From: Diplonema japonicum
Lineage: Eukaryota; Protista; Euglenozoa: Diplonemea
Direction of reading: 5' to 3'
DNA: 64,000 nt
Assembly (NCBI GenBank): GCA_964019335.1
Contig: OZ025708.1
Coordinates: 446,001-510,000 of the forward strand
Under the pieces are notes generated by a model. The model had not been told where the DNA came from, did no database searches, and saw only the letters and a program-made list of their open reading frames with translations. This document shows positions 40,601 through 43,600 of this stretch, piece after piece. The position numbers and the translations under genes were made by a program. The stretch's first letter is position 1; every line of letters starts with the position of its first letter.

Positions 40601-43600
40601 GAGGGTGTGATCCTCTGCAAGGGCGAGACAGCACCGTGCTCATGCGGCCAGATGCCCGGGTGCATGTGGGACACGAGAACCTCGAAGTGTGCGGCGTCGA
40701 TGTTTTCGAACTGCCCTGCGGTGGACATAGTGATCGCGATCGACGGGTCCCTCAGCATGGGCGAGCGCTTCGGGCGCCACCCGCACGGCTTCTTCGCGGT
40801 GTCAGAGATGGTACTGGACCTTGCGAAGACGCTGCCGCTGTCGGGAGAGGCGGCGGGTGTGGCGAGCGATGCGTCGTTGCCCTCAGGCTTCCGTGTCGGC
40901 ACGGTGCAGTTCTCTGCGCAGAGAGAGGCGATGAAGGCTCCTGCTGGGACTGGGACCGAGGGCAGGCTATCTGGTGTGCTTGCAGAGATCGACGCCGATG
41001 TGCACTGGCACGAGGACCTGTTCACGTCGCACGCGACCGACGCTTCGTACCTCACGCAGGCGATGGAGATGGCTGCGAAGATGTTTGATAGCTCGCCTGC
41101 AGACAGGAAGAAAGTGCTGTTGGTGGTCGCTGATGGAGACATCCTGGACGCGGAAGCGAGCTCAATGGTGACGGTGTCTGGGCTATTGGAGCAGCAGAGG
41201 GTGCAGGTGTTCGCTGTTCACGTTAGACTGTACAACACGGCAAGCCCGCAGGACGAGAAGGACACTGCAAAGATGGAGGCTTTCGTGACCAGCCCGTCGA
41301 ACAGCCACGTGCAGGACGTGACAATGGAGGAGTTGGAGGATGTCTTCGCGAGCCTCTGCAACGAGAACAGCACGTTCGGCTACTTCCTCTCCAAGCACGG
41401 GGAGTCTGTGCACAAGAGCAGCTGCTCAGAGTGGGCGATACTGGCAGGCTGCGAGGCAGACAGCTCTTGCATGTGGAGCGCGGTGAAGAGCGCGTGCACG
41501 GCGAGCCCGTGCGTGCAGCACTGTGCCCAGGAGGAGTGTGAGGCGGACGTCGCGAACATGTGTGGCTGGGACGGTGCCTCGTGTTCCAGAAAGGTGTGTG
41601 CCTACACTGTGAAGGACAGCTGCGACGCGGTGCAGGGCTGCAGGTGGTCCACTGGTGTCACTGGTTTGGAGGAGTGCAAGCCTGAGGTAGGGTGTCCCGC
41701 CAAGTACACGTCGGAAAAGTGCGTGACCGACGTGAACTGCAAGTGGGATGCCAGCGACAGCCAGTGCAAGGAGAGGCACGGCTGCGTGGTGTACACCTCC
41801 CTCCCGGAGTGCAACGCAGACGGGGAGTGCGCTTGGAACACCGCCACCGCGCAGTGCGAGGACAAAACCGGGTGCGCTGTGCACATTGCCGAGATGACCT
41901 GCACCCCAGACAACGAGTGCACGTGGGATGCCATGAGCAATGTGTGTGTGGAGAAGAACTGTGCGTACTACAAGGATGCGGTAGCGTGCGAGGCACCGGG
42001 GGTTGGTGGTGCCTGCAAGTGGAACACCACGGACGGTAAGTGCGTGGAGGTTGAAGGTTGTGCTTCGTACAACGCCGAGGCAGCTTCGGCACAGGCCAAC
42101 TGCAACGACGACGTTATGTGCCAATGGAAAGAGAACACTTGCGTGGACAAGACCGGGTGCGCGAGGTACATTGCTGAGGTCACCTGCGATAGGAACAAGG
42201 ACGAGAGCGGTGTGCAGTGCGCGTGGAACGGCACTACGTGCGAGCAGGCGAAGGGATGCGCGCGCCACACCGACAGCATAACGTGCCTCGGGAATACTGG
42301 TGAAAACTGCGACTGGTTCACTGGTGACGACATGGGCACTGGCGGAGAAGCGGTGTGCGCAGAGAAGTGTCCTGCCAGAACCTCCGCGCCTGTGTGTGTG
42401 GAACAGGCAGGGTGCGGTTGGGTGGACAACAAGTGTGCGAAACTGGGCTGTGCGGTGCACACGTTGAAGCAACCCTGTGACGACGACAGCAGGATCGGCG
42501 GGTGCGAGTGGCTGCCCGACCAGGGCAAGTGCGCACCCAAGAACCCCGGTGCGTGCATCATCCGAGACGAGGACTCCTGCGTGGCGGGGACCGGCTCTGA
42601 GAGAAACAAGTGCAAGTGGGTGGGGGCGAATGACGGGGAGGCGGCCCCTGGGCAGCAGGGCGGGGCATGCATCGTGAACCCGAACCATGGGAAGTGCGGC
42701 ACGGACAACAAGGGGTGCTGCAAATGCAAGCCTGGGTGGTCGGGTCTCGAGTGCAACTTGTGTGGGTTCGAGGAGTCGAGCGACAGGGAGACGTGCACGC
42801 TGTGCAGCAGGGAAGGGACCTGTTCGAACCACGGGAAGTGTGGGGAAGACAACCTGTGTGTGTGCGACGGCGGGTGGACGGGCGCAGACTGCAGCCTCCG
42901 AGGGTGCGCTGACGCGGCCCCCTACTGGTACACGGCTTACCCGAACCAGCCGCTGAAGGACCAGACCTTCAGCCTGATCATCCACGGATGCTTCAACGCG
43001 AGCAGCACGAAGGACCGCGTGGTACGCGTAGTGAACGCGACCGGGGACCCCTCCGAGGACTGCAAGCAGGCGCAGTGCACGGAGACAGAGACGAACAAGG
43101 CGCTGGTGATCGGCACCGGCGGGTGCATGAAGGCGGTGCAGCAGAACATGTCGTTGGTGGAGCCCGTGTCAGAGATGGAGCTGCTGGTGGACGTGAAGGC
43201 GACCTTTGAGGCAACTAAGAGCGAGAATGAGTACACCGTGTGCTGGTTTGACGGGACGGGCTTCAAGCCGCTTGTGACGCACGACCGCGACGGGAACAGG
43301 AAGGACACCATCAAGGTCACTGCCGAGGCAGATGCAGACACCGGTCTCATCACCGAGAAGGGCGGAAATGGTGGCGGCGGCGAGGAGTGCTGTGAGGGGC
43401 TGAAGCTGGGCGAGGCATGCCTCCCAGCCGCCCTGATCCTTGTTCTGTGGATCGTGATTGTGGCCCTCATCGCCTTCCTTGTCTTTTCCCTCATCAAGAG
43501 CCAGAAGGAGAAGGGCGACTTGGACGGCAAGTCCTACAACAAGAAATTCGATGACTTCGAGATGGAGGATGGGAACCGCACCATGCTCAGGGACGAGGAC

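Noticed and set aside
4520-43530. Many long antisense and alternate-frame ORFs (e.g. 16958-20404, 27086-30661)
   Set aside because: Shadows of the GC-rich, codon-biased giant ORF; no recognisable motifs or acceptors.
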